From contig CAVVTZ010000011.1 in NCBI GenBank assembly GCA_963751275.1, forward strand, positions 128,001-192,000: a stretch of DNA of 64,000 nucleotides. Direction: 5' to 3'. The notes beneath the pieces are model-generated. The model did not search any database, was not told where the DNA came from, and was given only the letters and a program-made list of their open reading frames with translations. Numbering within the stretch: the stretch's first letter is position 1; each line of letters starts with the position of its first letter. Source of the stretch: an uncultured Gemmatimonadaceae bacterium (GTDB lineage Bacteria; Gemmatimonadota; Gemmatimonadetes; Gemmatimonadales; Gemmatimonadaceae). This document shows positions 1 to 13,991 of this stretch, in pieces. A program made the position numbers and the translations under genes.

Positions 1-94
1 GCGGGGCGCAATCGCGTCATTGCTGCCGATTCAAAGGGCAAGCCGGCATAGAGTTACGGCGTTCACTTAAAGTCGCGTACTAATTCGAATGGCG

Positions 95-123
95 TTGACT
101 TTGGCGCTCGGCGCGGCTATCCT
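95..123 (+). promoter_or_regulatory. sigma70-type promoter of ssrA
   Basis: TTGACT (95-100), 17 nt spacer, TATCCT (118-123), about 24 nt before the mature tmRNA 5' end. Confidence 0.7.
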
Positions 124-146
124 TCGTTCACTCACTTTTCCACAAT

Positions 147-499
147 GGGGGCGACTGGCTTCGACGGGGTAGGTGAGGCTGTGGTTGCGTGCCCAGGTTC
201 TCGGGTCCTGGTAAAACCCTCGGGAAACGCTACAACTGCCAACTCTAACTTGGCCCTGGCTGCGTAACTTCGGTTACCGCACCTGCCCATAGGGAAGCCC
301 TCCTGAGGCGGCTTTATGGGTATCGAAAATTCGGGATAGCCGGGCGGTGCGTCTTCCGCGGTCCGGCGAAACTCTAGAAGACTTGTCCAGACGTCGGCGG
401 CTCATCGGCCAGCGGCTGGAGACCTTAACTGGTGAGCTACGCACGTAGACGCTGTGGCGGATCTTGTCTCGGACCGGGGTTCGATTCCCCGCGCCTCCA
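147..499 (+). ncRNA. ssrA: transfer-messenger RNA (tmRNA); tag (A)ANSNLALAA at 238-267
   Basis: 5' GGGGGCGACTGGCTTCGAC; 3' T-arm GGGGTTCGATTCCCC followed by acceptor strand CGCCTCC and discriminator A; G3.U wobble; internal frame gcc aac tct aac ttg gcc ctg gct gcg taa ending in ALAA; CCA not encoded. Confidence 0.97.
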
Positions 500-560
500 T
501 GAAGCACGAAGGGCCGTTCGCGTGATCCGCGAACGGCCCTTCGTGCTTCATGGAGGCGCG
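490..560. terminator. perfect 33-bp inverted repeat (terminator-like) overlapping the tmRNA 3' end
   Basis: 490-522 is the exact reverse complement of 528-560; loop TGATC. Confidence 0.75.
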
Positions 561-561
561 A

Positions 562-654
562 ACGGCAACTGCTTTGACAGGATGAACATGATGGACATGA
601 TCACAACGAACGGCGGTTGTAGTACATCATGACCATCATGTTCATCCTGTCAAA
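562..654. repeat. dispersed palindromic element, copy 1
   Basis: arms 573-601 and 626-654 are 28/29 complementary; preceded by ACGGCAACTGC; related to 60839-60943. Confidence 0.8.
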
Positions 655-692
655 TGCTTGTCAGTCTCTGATTCGCGCGATACGCTCCGTGC

Positions 693-1699
693 ATGCGCGA
701 TGAGTCACACGACCCCGGGGCGGAGGCCGCCGGCGAGCGAGGCGTCGAGGCCGGATCCGCCGCGGAGCCGCTGACGATCGGCAAGGCTGGCGTCCGCTTT
801 GGGACGAGTTCATGGACCGATCCCACGCTGCTCGCCGAGGGGGTCTTCTATCCTCCCGAGGCGCACACGCCAGAGACCCGGCTGCGCTACTACGCGTCGC
901 GGTTCAGCGTGGTAGAGGTCGATTCGAGCTACTACGCGTTGCCGTCGCGACGCAATGCCGAGATCTGGGTCGAGCGCACGCCGGCGCACTTCGTGTTCGA
1001 CATCAAGGCGCACGCGCTCATGACCGGCCAGCCGAGCGAGGTCAGCCGGCTGCCCGCCGATCTCAAGAAGGCCCTGCCCAAGGCCGTGGCCGAGAAGGCG
1101 CGTGTCTACGCGAAGGATCTCGAGCCCGAGCTGCGCAAGGAGATCTGGCAGCGCTTTCGCGAGGCGGTGGAACCGCTGCACGCGGCGGGGAAGCTCGGCG
1201 CGGTGATGCTCCAGTACCCTCGCTGGTTCACGCCGAACGAGAGAGCGCGCGCGGAGCTGGCCGAGGCCGCCGAGCGGCTGGACGGTCTTCCGTGCGCGGT
1301 GGAGTTCCGGAGCGCGCTCTGGTTCGAGGGGACAGCGGCCGCATCGACGCTGCGCCTGCTCGAGGACAACGGGCTGAGCTTCGTGATGGTGGACGAGCCG
1401 CAAGGGATGAAGTCGAGCGTGCCGCCCGATCGTGGCGGTGACCGCGAGGCGCCTGGCCGTGATCCGGATGCACGGCCGCCGCGCCGACGCGTGGGAGCAG
1501 CAGGGGATCCCCGTGGTCGAGCGCTTCCGCTACCTCTACAGCGAGAACAGAACTCGCCGAGTGGGGGCCGCGCATCCTCGCCGTGGCGGAGAAGGCCGAG
1601 CACGTCCACGTGCTCATGAACAACTGCTACGCGAACTACGGCACCACGAACGCCGCTGAGCTCGCGGCGCTAGTGCGGAGGGCGTATGCGACGGGATGA
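693..1699 (+). CDS. DUF72 (YecE-like) protein, frameshifted near 1430 and 1550
   Basis: motifs FGTSSW, YASRFSVVEVDSSYY, FDIKA, LQYPRWF, VEFR, then AVIRMHGR, RFRYLYS and HVLMNNCY in shifted frames; stop TGA at 1697-1699. Confidence 0.88.
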
Positions 1700-2188
1700 C
1701 GCTGCGGTGGTGAGTGCGTGGTGTCTCGTGGCGATTTCGTTGCTCGCGAGCTGCCGCCCCGCGATCCCTTGGGGCTGGAAGGCGCACATCGTCTCGGATT
1801 CTCTCGTCGTCTGGCTCCCGCCGAGCTACTGGACGCTTCCGCCGGAAGGCGATGCTCCGCAATTCGCCGACAGCAGCCACTCGACGTATCTGCAGCGCGT
1901 GCCGGCGAAGCAACTCTATGAACCGTGGCTGATCAACCGTGCCACGCGGGAAGGTCTGCTGACCGTACAAGAGCGGAGGACGGACACGGTCACCGTCGAC
2001 GGCCGGCAGCTGTTCGTGGAACGTGCGATCGGCAGTGGTCTCGTGGGTCGCCCTGCGCCCGAGCGATTGATCGCCGTGCACATCCCGTTGGATGCGCAGA
2101 GCGGGGCGGTGCTCTTCTCGGCCTACGACGGCGATGCCGACCGCACGCTCATCGCGATCGCCGCGACGGTGAAGCTACGGGAGATGCC

Positions 2189-2192
<4 letters not shown>
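1686..2192 (+). CDS. hypothetical exported protein, probable lipoprotein
   Basis: hydrophobic N-terminus ending in lipobox-like LLASC; start codon uncertain. Confidence 0.55.
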
Positions 2193-4873
<2,681 letters not shown>

Positions 4874-4877
<4 letters not shown>

Positions 4878-6274
4878 CGGCGGAATATCAGTTGCAGCCG
4901 AGGCGCAGCTTGTCGGGGTCCGACGGGGGGCGGCGTCGGGTAGTCCCCGGAGAAGCAGGCGTGGCAGAAGCCCTCGGGGCCGCCGGGCGCCGAGCGGAGC
5001 ATCCCGTCGAGGGAGAGGTAGCCGAGCGAGTCCACGCCGATGTGCTTGGCGATCTGCGCCACGGAATTGTTCGCGGCGATGAGTTCCTCGCGCGTCGGCG
5101 TGTCGATGCCGTAGTAGCACGGGCCCGTGACCGGCGGCGACGCGATCCGCATGTGCACCTCGCGCGCGCCGGCCGCGCGCACCAGCGCGACGAGGCCGCG
5201 CGTGGTGGTGCCGCGCACGATCGAGTCGTCGATCATCACGACGCTCTTCGCCCTCGAGCACCTCGCGCACGGCGTTGTACTTGATCTTCACCTTGCTGTC
5301 GCGGCCGGCCTGCGACGGGTTGATGAACGTGCGGCCCACGTAGTGATTGCGGATGAGCGCGAGCTCGAGCGGCAGGCCGGTCTCTTCCGCGTATCCGAGG
5401 GCGGCCGCGTTGGCGGAGTCGGGGACGCCGAACACCAGGTCGGCGCCGGGCGCGGGACATTCCTTGCCGAGCTGGTGGCCGAGCGCACGGCGCGCGCGGT
5501 CCACCGAGCCGCCGCCGAAGATCCGGCTGTCGGGACGCGCGAAGTAGACGTACTCGAACACGCACTTCTTCGCAGTCACGCGCTGGGCGAAGCGGAGCGA
5601 CCGCGTGCCGGCGCCGTCGACCACCACGATCTCGCCCGGCTCGACCTCGCGCACGTGCGTCGCGCCCACGATGTCGAGCGCGCAGGTCTCGGAGGCGAAC
5701 ACCGTCTGGCCGTTGAGACTTGCCGATCACGAGCGGGCGCCAGCCGCGCGGATCGCGCGCCGCGATCAGCGCGTCGCCCATCGCGATCACCAGCGAGTAG
5801 GCGCCTTCCACGCCGTTGAGCGCATCCGCCAGCTGCTCCTCGGGCAGCTCGCGGCGCGAGCGCGCGATGCGGTGCACGAGGACCTCCGAGTCCATCGTCG
5901 AGGAGAAGATCGAGCCCGATTCCTCCAGCTCGCGGCGCAGCTCGGCGGCGTTCACGAGGTTGCCGTTGTGCGCGAGCGCAATGTAGCCGTCGCGGAAGCG
6001 CACGAGCACCGGCTGCGCGTTCTCGAGCGACGACGAGCCGGCGGTGCTGTAGCGCGTGTGCCCGATCGCGAGCGAGCCGGGCAGCTCGGCGAGCTTGTCG
6101 GGGCTGAAGCCCTCCGACACGAGGCCCATGCGGCGCAGCGCGTGCGTGCGCGCCGTCGTCGCTCACCGAGACGATGCCGGCCGATTCCTGGCCGCGGTGC
6201 TGCAGCGAGTACAACCCGAGGTGCACGAGCGTGCTCGCGTCGGGCGCGCCGCGGACGCCGAAGACGCCACACAT
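4874..6274 (-). CDS. purF: amidophosphoribosyltransferase, frameshifted
   Basis: N-terminal [56 protein letters not shown]. Confidence 0.95.
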
Positions 6275-6276
6275 CG

Positions 6277-8588
6277 CTAGACCTCCACCGCGCTGGCGTG
6301 CATGTCGGTCGCGGGCGCCGGCAGGACGGCGCCCATGATGTTCGGGATCGCGTCGTGGAAGGCGCGGGCGAGCCGGTCGAGCGGCGCCGCGATGCGGCGG
6401 TCGCCCACGCGGATCTCGAGCGCCGGCGCGGACGCGCGCACCGTGCCGATGCGCCGCGCCGGCACGCCGTGCTTCGCCGCGATCGCCAGCACCTGCTCCG
6501 GTGCGGCCGTGCCCACGATGATCCGCGCCTGCGCCTCGCCGAAGAGCAGCGCGCGCAGCGGCAGCGCGCTCCACGCCGAGAGGTCCACGTCGGCGCCCGT
6601 GCGCGACTCCTCGCCGCCAATGCAGCACTCGGCGAGCGCGACCGCAAGGCCGCCATCGGAACAGTCGTGCGCGTAGTGCACGTGACCGGCGGCGATCGCC
6701 TCGAGCAGCGCGTCGATCGTCGCCCGCTCGCGCGCGAGGTCGCAGGCCGGCGGCGCGCCGGCGGTCACGCCGTGCACGCGCGACAGGTACTCGCTGGCCC
6801 CGATCTCGCTGGTCGGCTCGCCGAGCAGGATGATCGCGTCGCCGTCGGCGTGGAACGCCGAGCGCGTGATGTGCTCGAGTCTCTCGATCACGCCCACCAT
6901 GCCGATCACCGGGGTGGGGAACACCGCGCCGCTCGGGCTCTCGTTGTAGAAGCTGACGTTGCCGCCGGTGACCGGCGTGTCGAGCGCGCGGCACGCGTCG
7001 GCCATGCCGCCGCACCGCCTCGCGGAACTGGAAGAAGATCTCCGGCCGCGTCGGGTTCCCGAAGTTGAGGCAGTTGGTGATCGCGCGCGGGCGTGCGCCG
7101 GCGCAGGCCACGTTGCGCGCGGCCTCGGCCACCGCGATCCGGCCGCCCACGCGCGGGTCGAGATAGACGTAGCGGCCGTTGCAGTCGGTCTTGAGCGCGA
7201 GCGCCTTGGTGGTGCCGCGCACGCGGATCACCGCCGCGTCGCCGCCGCCGGGCCGCACCACCGTGGTCGTGCGCACCGTCGTGTCGTACTGGCGCGTGAC
7301 CCAGCTCTTGCTCGCGATCGTCGGCGAGGCGAGCAGGCGCTCCAGCGTCCACACCGGATCCTTCTCCTCGGCGCGCTCGGGGATCTCGTGCACCTTCCGC
7401 GCGCGGCAGCGCGATCGTGGCCGCGCTCTCCTTCGCGTCCGGCGTGTACACCGGGCAATCGGTGACCAGTCGCGAGCCGGGGAACTCGGCGACCACGCGG
7501 TCGCCTTCGGTCACGCGGTACACCGGCTCCGCGATCACCTCGCCGATCACCTCGGCGGCGAGGTCCCACTTCGCGAGGATGTCGCGCACCTGCTGCTCGC
7601 GGCCGCGCGTCGCCACGACCAGCATGCGCTCCTGCGACTCGCTGAGCAGGATCTCGTACGGCGTCATCCCGCGTCTCGCGCACCGGCACCTTGGTGACAT
7701 CGATCGTGACGCCGACGTCGCCGCGCGCCGCCATCTCGGCGGAGCTCGACGTGAGACCGGCCGCGCCCATGTCCTGGATGGCGACGATGTGCCCGCTCTG
7801 ATCAGCTCGAGGCTCGCCTCGAGCAGCAGCTTCTCGGTGAACGGATCGCCGACCTGCACGCGCGGCCGCTTCGCGTCGCTCGACGCCGAGAGGTCCTCCG
7901 ACGCGAACGACGCGCCGTGGATCCCGTCGCGCCCGGTGCGCGCGCCCACGGCGATCACCGGATTGCCGACGCCTTCGGCCTTGGCGCGAATGAGATCCTT
8001 CTCGTGCAGCAGCCCCACGCACATCGCGTTCACGAGCGGATTCCCTTCGTACGCCGGGTCGAACATGATCTCGCCCGCCACCGTCGGGATGCCCACGCAG
8101 TTGCCGTAGTCGCCGATCCCGCTCACGACGCCGGCGAACAGGTAGCGCACGCGCGGCGAATCGAGCGAGCCGAAGCGCAGGGAATCGAGCATCGCGATGG
8201 GGCGCGCGCCCATCGTGAAGACATCGCGCAGGATGCCGCCGACGCCCGTGGCGGCGCCCTGGTACGGCTCGACCGCCGACGGGTGATTGTGCGACTCGAT
8301 CTTGAAGGCGACGGCCAGGCCGTCGCCGATCGCGATCACGCCGGCGTTCTCGCCCGGGCCCTGCAGCACCCACGGCGCCTGCGTCGGCAGCGTCTTGAGC
8401 ACCGGCCGCGAGTGCTTGTACGAACAGTGTTCGCTCCAGAGCGCGCTGACGATGCCCAGCTCGGTGAACGTCGGCTCGCGGCCGAGCATCGCGACCAACC
8501 GCTCGAATTCCTCAGGCGTCAGCCCGTGCTCGGCCACGAGGGCCGGCGTGATCGCCGGATCGCCGGGTCGGGGGCGGACTGTCGCCAT
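6277..8588 (-). CDS. purL: FGAM synthase subunit PurL, frameshifted
   Basis: [72 protein letters not shown]. Confidence 0.95.
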
Positions 8589-8591
8589 CGA

Positions 8592-9122
8592 TTACGCGGC
8601 CGGCGGCTTGGCCGCGGTGTCGGCGGTGGCCGGCGGCTTGACGCCGCTCGTGTCCTTCTTCGGCATGGAATCGGCGGGCGGTGGCGGCGGCGCGGGCGCG
8701 GGCTTCGGCGCGGGCATCACTTCCGCCTTGCCGGCGTTCGGCGGCGGCGGGGGCGTCACGTTCATCGCGCCGCCATGCTTCTCCTTTCCGGTCTTGATGG
8801 CCTCGGCGGCGGTGATCTGCGTGGGCGAGCTGCTCTCGCCGGTGTACTTCCGGTTCGGATCGCGGAAGATGGCGTCCACGACCTTGTCGTGCACGAGGAT
8901 CACGACGTCGTTCATGCCGCAGGTCTTCTCGCAGCCGTTCCGGTAGTACATGTACAGGGTCGTGTCCGCGGTCTTCAGCGACTGCGGCTGGCCCAGGTGT
9001 TCGATCACCTGGGTCTTGCTCATGCCGGGATCGATGATGTTGTCCTTCGTCTGCGCACCGGCGCGCGGCGCGAGGGAAGCGGCGAGGACAACGAGAGCGG
9101 CGAGTACGAGCGGGCGGCGCAT
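8592..9122 (-). CDS. secreted protein with SmpA/OmlA(BamE)-like motif and Pro/Ala-rich tail
   Basis: signal peptide ending AGA-Q; IDPGMSKTQVIEHLGQP resembles the SmpA/OmlA GMS..QV...LG.P motif; CxxxC. Confidence 0.6.
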   Translation of the reverse strand: MRRPLVLAALVVLAASLAPRAGAQTKDNIIDPGMSKTQVIEHLGQPQSLKTADTTLYMYYRNGCEKTCGMNDVVILVHDKVVDAIFRDPNRKYTGESSSPTQITAAEAIKTGKEKHGGAMNVTPPPPPNAGKAEVMPAPKPAPAPPPPPADSMPKKDTSGVKPPATADTAAKPPAA

Positions 9123-9136
9123 AGACACCTCGGTGG

Positions 9137-9825
<689 letters not shown>

Positions 9826-9829
<4 letters not shown>

Positions 9830-10083
9830 AGCGCGCGCACCCCCGCGAGTTCGAAGTCCTCGGTGACCGGATTCGCCAGCAAGCGTTCGCACATCTCCTT
9901 CACGTTCTGCTCGGCGGCCTTCTGGTCGCCGGCGTCGACATCCAAAATTATGTGGCGGCCCACGCGCGCGTCGGCCACGCCCCGGAAGCCGAGCGTGTGC
10001 AGCGCATCGGCGACCGCCTTGCCCTGCGGATCGAGGATCCCCGGGCGCGGCACGATGTGCACGGAAACGCGGAAGCGGCTCAT
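9826..10083 (-). CDS. purS: FGAM synthase subunit PurS
   Basis: LDPQGKAV and LLANPV.E motifs, 85 aa, adjacent to purQ. Confidence 0.95.
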
Positions 10084-10985
10084 GGACCGGTCTCCGGCGG
10101 GGTATGGAACGGGTTCATCGCTTCCCGCACGCGGCCGAAGCGCCGGCGCCCTTTGCCGCCCGGCCGCTCGGCGAGCGCGGTGGGACGCATCTCGACATCC
10201 TCGCCCTCTTCATCGTCCTCGATGTCGTTGAGTGGATCGCGGCCCGGCATGCTCTCCACGAAGCCGAGCACGATCGTCTTCGCGAGGCCGTAGCTGACGT
10301 ACACCATCATGGCGGGGAACGCGTACTGCCGGGGGTGGATCGCGACGAGCGCGAGGATCCCGACGACGAATATCGACGCGATGATGCTCTTGATGCTGCG
10401 CAGGCTCACCACCGGGAGGGCGGGATAGAGCACGTGGCTGATCATCAGGAAGCTGAGCACCGCCATGAGCCCCGGGATGACGCTGTGCCAGGGCCAGGTC
10501 TCGACCACGGTGTTCGTATACAGCGGCGTCTGGCTGAACCAGTAGTACGTCGCGAGCGTCATGCCCGCGGCCGGACTCGGCAGCCCGTGGAAGTGCGTCT
10601 TCGCGCGGCCGCCTTGCTCGATGTTGAAGCGCGCGAGGCGCATCACCACGCAGGCGATGTAGATGAAGCAGAAGAGCCACGCCCAGCCTTCCTGGTTCAG
10701 CACCGCGAAATACATGATGAACGCCGGCGCGACACCGAAACTCACGGCATCGACGAGCGAATCGAGCTCGACGCCGAAGCGGCTCACCGTGCGGGTCATG
10801 CGCGCGACGCGGCCGTCGAGCGCGTCCATCAGGCCGCTCAGCACGATGCACCAGCCGGACCAGTCGAAATGCCCGCGGTAGGCCGACACGATCGCAAACA
10901 CGCCGAAGAACAGATTGCCGAGCGTGAAGCCGTTCGGCAGGAGCACGATGGCGCGCCGCATGTTGGGGCGGGGGGGCTCGTTCAT
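10080..10985 (-). CDS. pssA: CDP-diacylglycerol--serine O-phosphatidyltransferase
   Basis: [41 protein letters not shown]. Confidence 0.92.
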   Translation of the reverse strand: MNEPPRPNMRRAIVLLPNGFTLGNLFFGVFAIVSAYRGHFDWSGWCIVLSGLMDALDGRVARMTRTVSRFGVELDSLVDAVSFGVAPAFIMYFAVLNQEGWAWLFCFIYIACVVMRLARFNIEQGGRAKTHFHGLPSPAAGMTLATYYWFSQTPLYTNTVVETWPWHSVIPGLMAVLSFLMISHVLYPALPVVSLRSIKSIIASIFVVGILALVAIHPRQYAFPAMMVYVSYGLAKTIVLGFVESMPGRDPLNDIEDDEEGEDVEMRPTALAERPGGKGRRRFGRVREAMNPFHTPPETGP

Positions 10986-10986
10986 C

Positions 10987-11635
10987 TCACTTGAGCTCCG
11001 CCAGCACCGTGGTGCCGGCCACCGGGAGATCGCCCACCTTCACCTGCACGCTCGCGTTCTCGGGCACGTATACGTCGACGCGCGAGCCGAACCGGATGAG
11101 GCCGAGCCGGTCGCCCTGCACGACCGTGTCGTTCATCTTCGGATACGTGATGATCCGGCGCGCGATGAGACCGGCGATCTGCCGCACGAGCACGCGGCGG
11201 CCGCCGTCCTGCGATGCCGATCGAGCTCTGCTCGTTCTCGATGCTCGCGCGCTCGGCGTGTGCGTCGAGGAACTTGCCGGGCACATAGCGCAGGTACCCG
11301 ACGCGGCCGCCGATCGGGTACCGGTTCACGTGCACGTTGAAGATGTTCATGAAGATCGATATCCGCGTCGCGCGGCCGCCGAGGAATTCGGGCTCATCCA
11401 CCGTGGTGATCATCACCACGCGGCCGTCCGCCGGCGCGACCACGACCTGCGCGCCGCGCTCGCCCGTGCGCTCGGGGTCGCGGAAGAAGTACGCGACCCA
11501 CAACGCCACCACCGACACGAGCACGAACGCCAGCCACAGCGGCCAGGAACGCGCGAGCAATGCGGCCACGAGCAGCACGCCGGCAGCGCCCGCCGAAGCC
11601 AGGATGTACGGCATGCCTTCTCGCGCGAAGTTCAC
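10987..11635 (-). CDS. psd: phosphatidylserine decarboxylase proenzyme, frameshift near 11215
   Basis: [43 protein letters not shown] cleavage motif. Confidence 0.93.
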
Positions 11636-12558
11636 GAAAGCTCCGGGATCACGAGGGCGGTGCCGGTGATGCGGCGGTACGCATCGACGTAGCGCTCGCT
11701 CGTCGCGCGCACGACCTCCGCCGGCAGCGGCGGCGGCGGGGCGTCACCGTTCCAGCGTCCAGCGCGGCGTTCACCGTCCAGATAGTCGCGCAGCGGCTGC
11801 TTGTCGAAGCTCGGCTGCGTGCCGCCGGGCTTATAGGCATCCGCCGCCCAGAAGCGCGAGCTGTCCGGCGTCATGACCTCATCGATCAGGAGGATGCGTC
11901 CGTCCGGCGCCCGTCCGAACTCGAATTTCGTGTCCGCGATGATGATCCCCCGCGTCGCCGCGAGCGCCCGCCCGCGTTCGTAGATGAGCCGTGAGAGCCG
12001 CTCCAGCTCCGCCGTGTCCTTCGCGCCGATCACCTCGGCCATGCGCGAGATGGTGATGTTCTCGTCGTGCCCTTCTTCCGCCTTCGTCGCCGGACTGAAC
12101 ACCGGCGGGTCGAGGCGGTCGCTCTCCTTCATGCCCGCCGCCAGCCGCTCGCCGGCCAGGGTGCCGCTCGCCTTGTATTCCTTCCATGCCGAGCCCGAAA
12201 TATAACCCCGAACCACGCATTCGATGGGGAATACGGTGGTGCGCCGGCAGAGCATCGCGCGGCCCGCCAGCTGGGTCTCCTGGCCCTTCAACGCGGGCAC
12301 GGCCTTCACGATGCTGGCCGCGTCCGCGGCCAGCACGTGATGCGCGACCACGCCCTCGAGCTGGCGGCACCACCACGCACTCATCTGCGTGAGCACGGCG
12401 CCCTTCCGCGGCACGGCTTCCCGCATCACGACGTCGAAGGCGCTCACGCGATCGGTGGCCACCAGCAGCAGCCGCTCGGCGTCCACCGCGTAGATGTCGC
12501 GGACCTTGCCGCGGCCGATCCGTTGGAGGGGAAGATCGCTTTCCGTCATGAGCGTCAT
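11632..12558 (-). CDS. purC: SAICAR synthetase
   Basis: [47 protein letters not shown]. Confidence 0.96.
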   Translation of the reverse strand: MTLMTESDLPLQRIGRGKVRDIYAVDAERLLLVATDRVSAFDVVMREAVPRKGAVLTQMSAWWCRQLEGVVAHHVLAADAASIVKAVPALKGQETQLAGRAMLCRRTTVFPIECVVRGYISGSAWKEYKASGTLAGERLAAGMKESDRLDPPVFSPATKAEEGHDENITISRMAEVIGAKDTAELERLSRLIYERGRALAATRGIIIADTKFEFGRAPDGRILLIDEVMTPDSSRFWAADAYKPGGTQPSFDKQPLRDYLDGERRAGRWNGDAPPPPLPAEVVRATSERYVDAYRRITGTALVIPELS

Positions 12559-13991
12559 ACGCGCAGACTCTCCGGGGCGGTGGTGGCGGGGGAGGCGTTC
12601 AGGATGGGATCGACGATCTCGGTCAGGAACTCGTCCACCTGGGCCGCCGAACGGCCGGTGAACTTCGGGGCGTCGAGGAGGGCGCGCATGTCGGCGAGGC
12701 TGACGCCGAATGCGCCGTCGGCCGCGAGGCGCTCGAGCAGGTCGTTCTGCGCGCCGCCGTCCTTCAGCGCGCGCGCCGCTTCGATCGCGTGCTTGCGGAT
12801 CGTCTCGTGCGCCGCCTGGCGGTCGCCGCCGGCGCGCACGGCACGCACGAGCAGCAGCTCGGTGGACATGAACGGCAGTTCGCCGTCCACGCGCGAACGG
12901 ATGCGCGCGGGATGCACCTCGAGGCCGGCGGCGATGTTCTGATAGAGCACGAGCATCGCGTCGGCGGCGAGGAAGGACTCCGGGATCACGAGGCGCCGGT
13001 TCGCGCTGTCATCCAGCGTGCGCTCGAAGTACTGGACGCTGTGCGTCTGGTTCGCGTTGGGCTCGAGCGACATCACGAAGCGCGCGAGCGACGCGATGCG
13101 CTCGGCGCGCATCGGATTCCGCTTGTACGCCATGGCCGACGACCCGATCTGCTCCGCTTCGAACGGCTCCTCCATCTCGCCGAACGACTGCAGCAGCCGC
13201 ACGTCGCCGCTGAACTTGGATGCGCTGGCGGCGATGCCGGCGACGACGCCGAGCACCTGCGCGTCCAGCTTGCGCGAATACGTCTGGCCGGTGACCGGGA
13301 TCGCCGATGTGAATCCCATCTTCGCTACGACCAGCGCCTCAAGGCGCCGCACCTTCGCATGGTCGCCGCCGAAGAGCTCGAGGAAGCTCGCCTGCGTGCC
13401 GGTGGTCCCCTTCACGCCGCGCAGCGGCAGCGCGTCCAGGCGCGCGTCGAGGTCGGCCAGATCGAGCACGAGGTCCTGCATCCAGAGCGTCGCGCGTTTG
13501 CCCACCGTGGTGAGCTGCGCCGGCTGGAGGTGGGTGTAGCCGAGCGCCGGCTCCGCGCGCCACTGCTTGGCGAACGCCGCCAGCGCCCGCATCACGGCCA
13601 CGATCTTCACGCGCAACAGCTCGAGCCCCTCGCGCATGAGGATGAGGTCGGCGTTGTCGGTGACGTACGCGCTCGTGGCGCCGAGATGGATGAACGCGCG
13701 CGCCGCCGGCGCCGCTTCGCCGAACGCATGCACGTGCGCCATGACATCGTGGCGGAAGCGGCGCTCGAACTCGCCCGCGGCCGCGAAGTCGATGTCGTCC
13801 AGGTGGGCGCGCATCTGGGCGAGCCCCTCGTCGGTCACGGCCGCGACGCCGAGTTCGCGCTGCGCTTCCGCGAGCGCCAGCCACAGCCGGCGCCAGAGCG
13901 CGTGCCGCCGCTGCGGCGACCAGAGCGCGACCATCGCGCGCGATGCGTAGCGCTCGGAGAGCGGCGAAGCGTAGCGGTCGTGACCGGTCAT
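12555..13991 (-). CDS. purB: adenylosuccinate lyase
   Basis: [33 protein letters not shown]. Confidence 0.96.
   Translation of the reverse strand: MTGHDRYASPLSERYASRAMVALWSPQRRHALWRRLWLALAEAQRELGVAAVTDEGLAQMRAHLDDIDFAAAGEFERRFRHDVMAHVHAFGEAAPAARAFIHLGATSAYVTDNADLILMREGLELLRVKIVAVMRALAAFAKQWRAEPALGYTHLQPAQLTTVGKRATLWMQDLVLDLADLDARLDALPLRGVKGTTGTQASFLELFGGDHAKVRRLEALVVAKMGFTSAIPVTGQTYSRKLDAQVLGVVAGIAASASKFSGDVRLLQSFGEMEEPFEAEQIGSSAMAYKRNPMRAERIASLARFVMSLEPNANQTHSVQYFERTLDDSANRRLVIPESFLAADAMLVLYQNIAAGLEVHPARIRSRVDGELPFMSTELLLVRAVRAGGDRQAAHETIRKHAIEAARALKDGGAQNDLLERLAADGAFGVSLADMRALLDAPKFTGRSAAQVDEFLTEIVDPILNASPATTAPESLRV

Noticed and set aside
274..632. Short ORFs over the tmRNA and downstream palindromes
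   Set aside because: They overlap a clear RNA gene and repeats and show no coding signal
562..654. CRISPR array
   Set aside because: The repeats are inverted and isolated, with no repeat-spacer series and no cas genes
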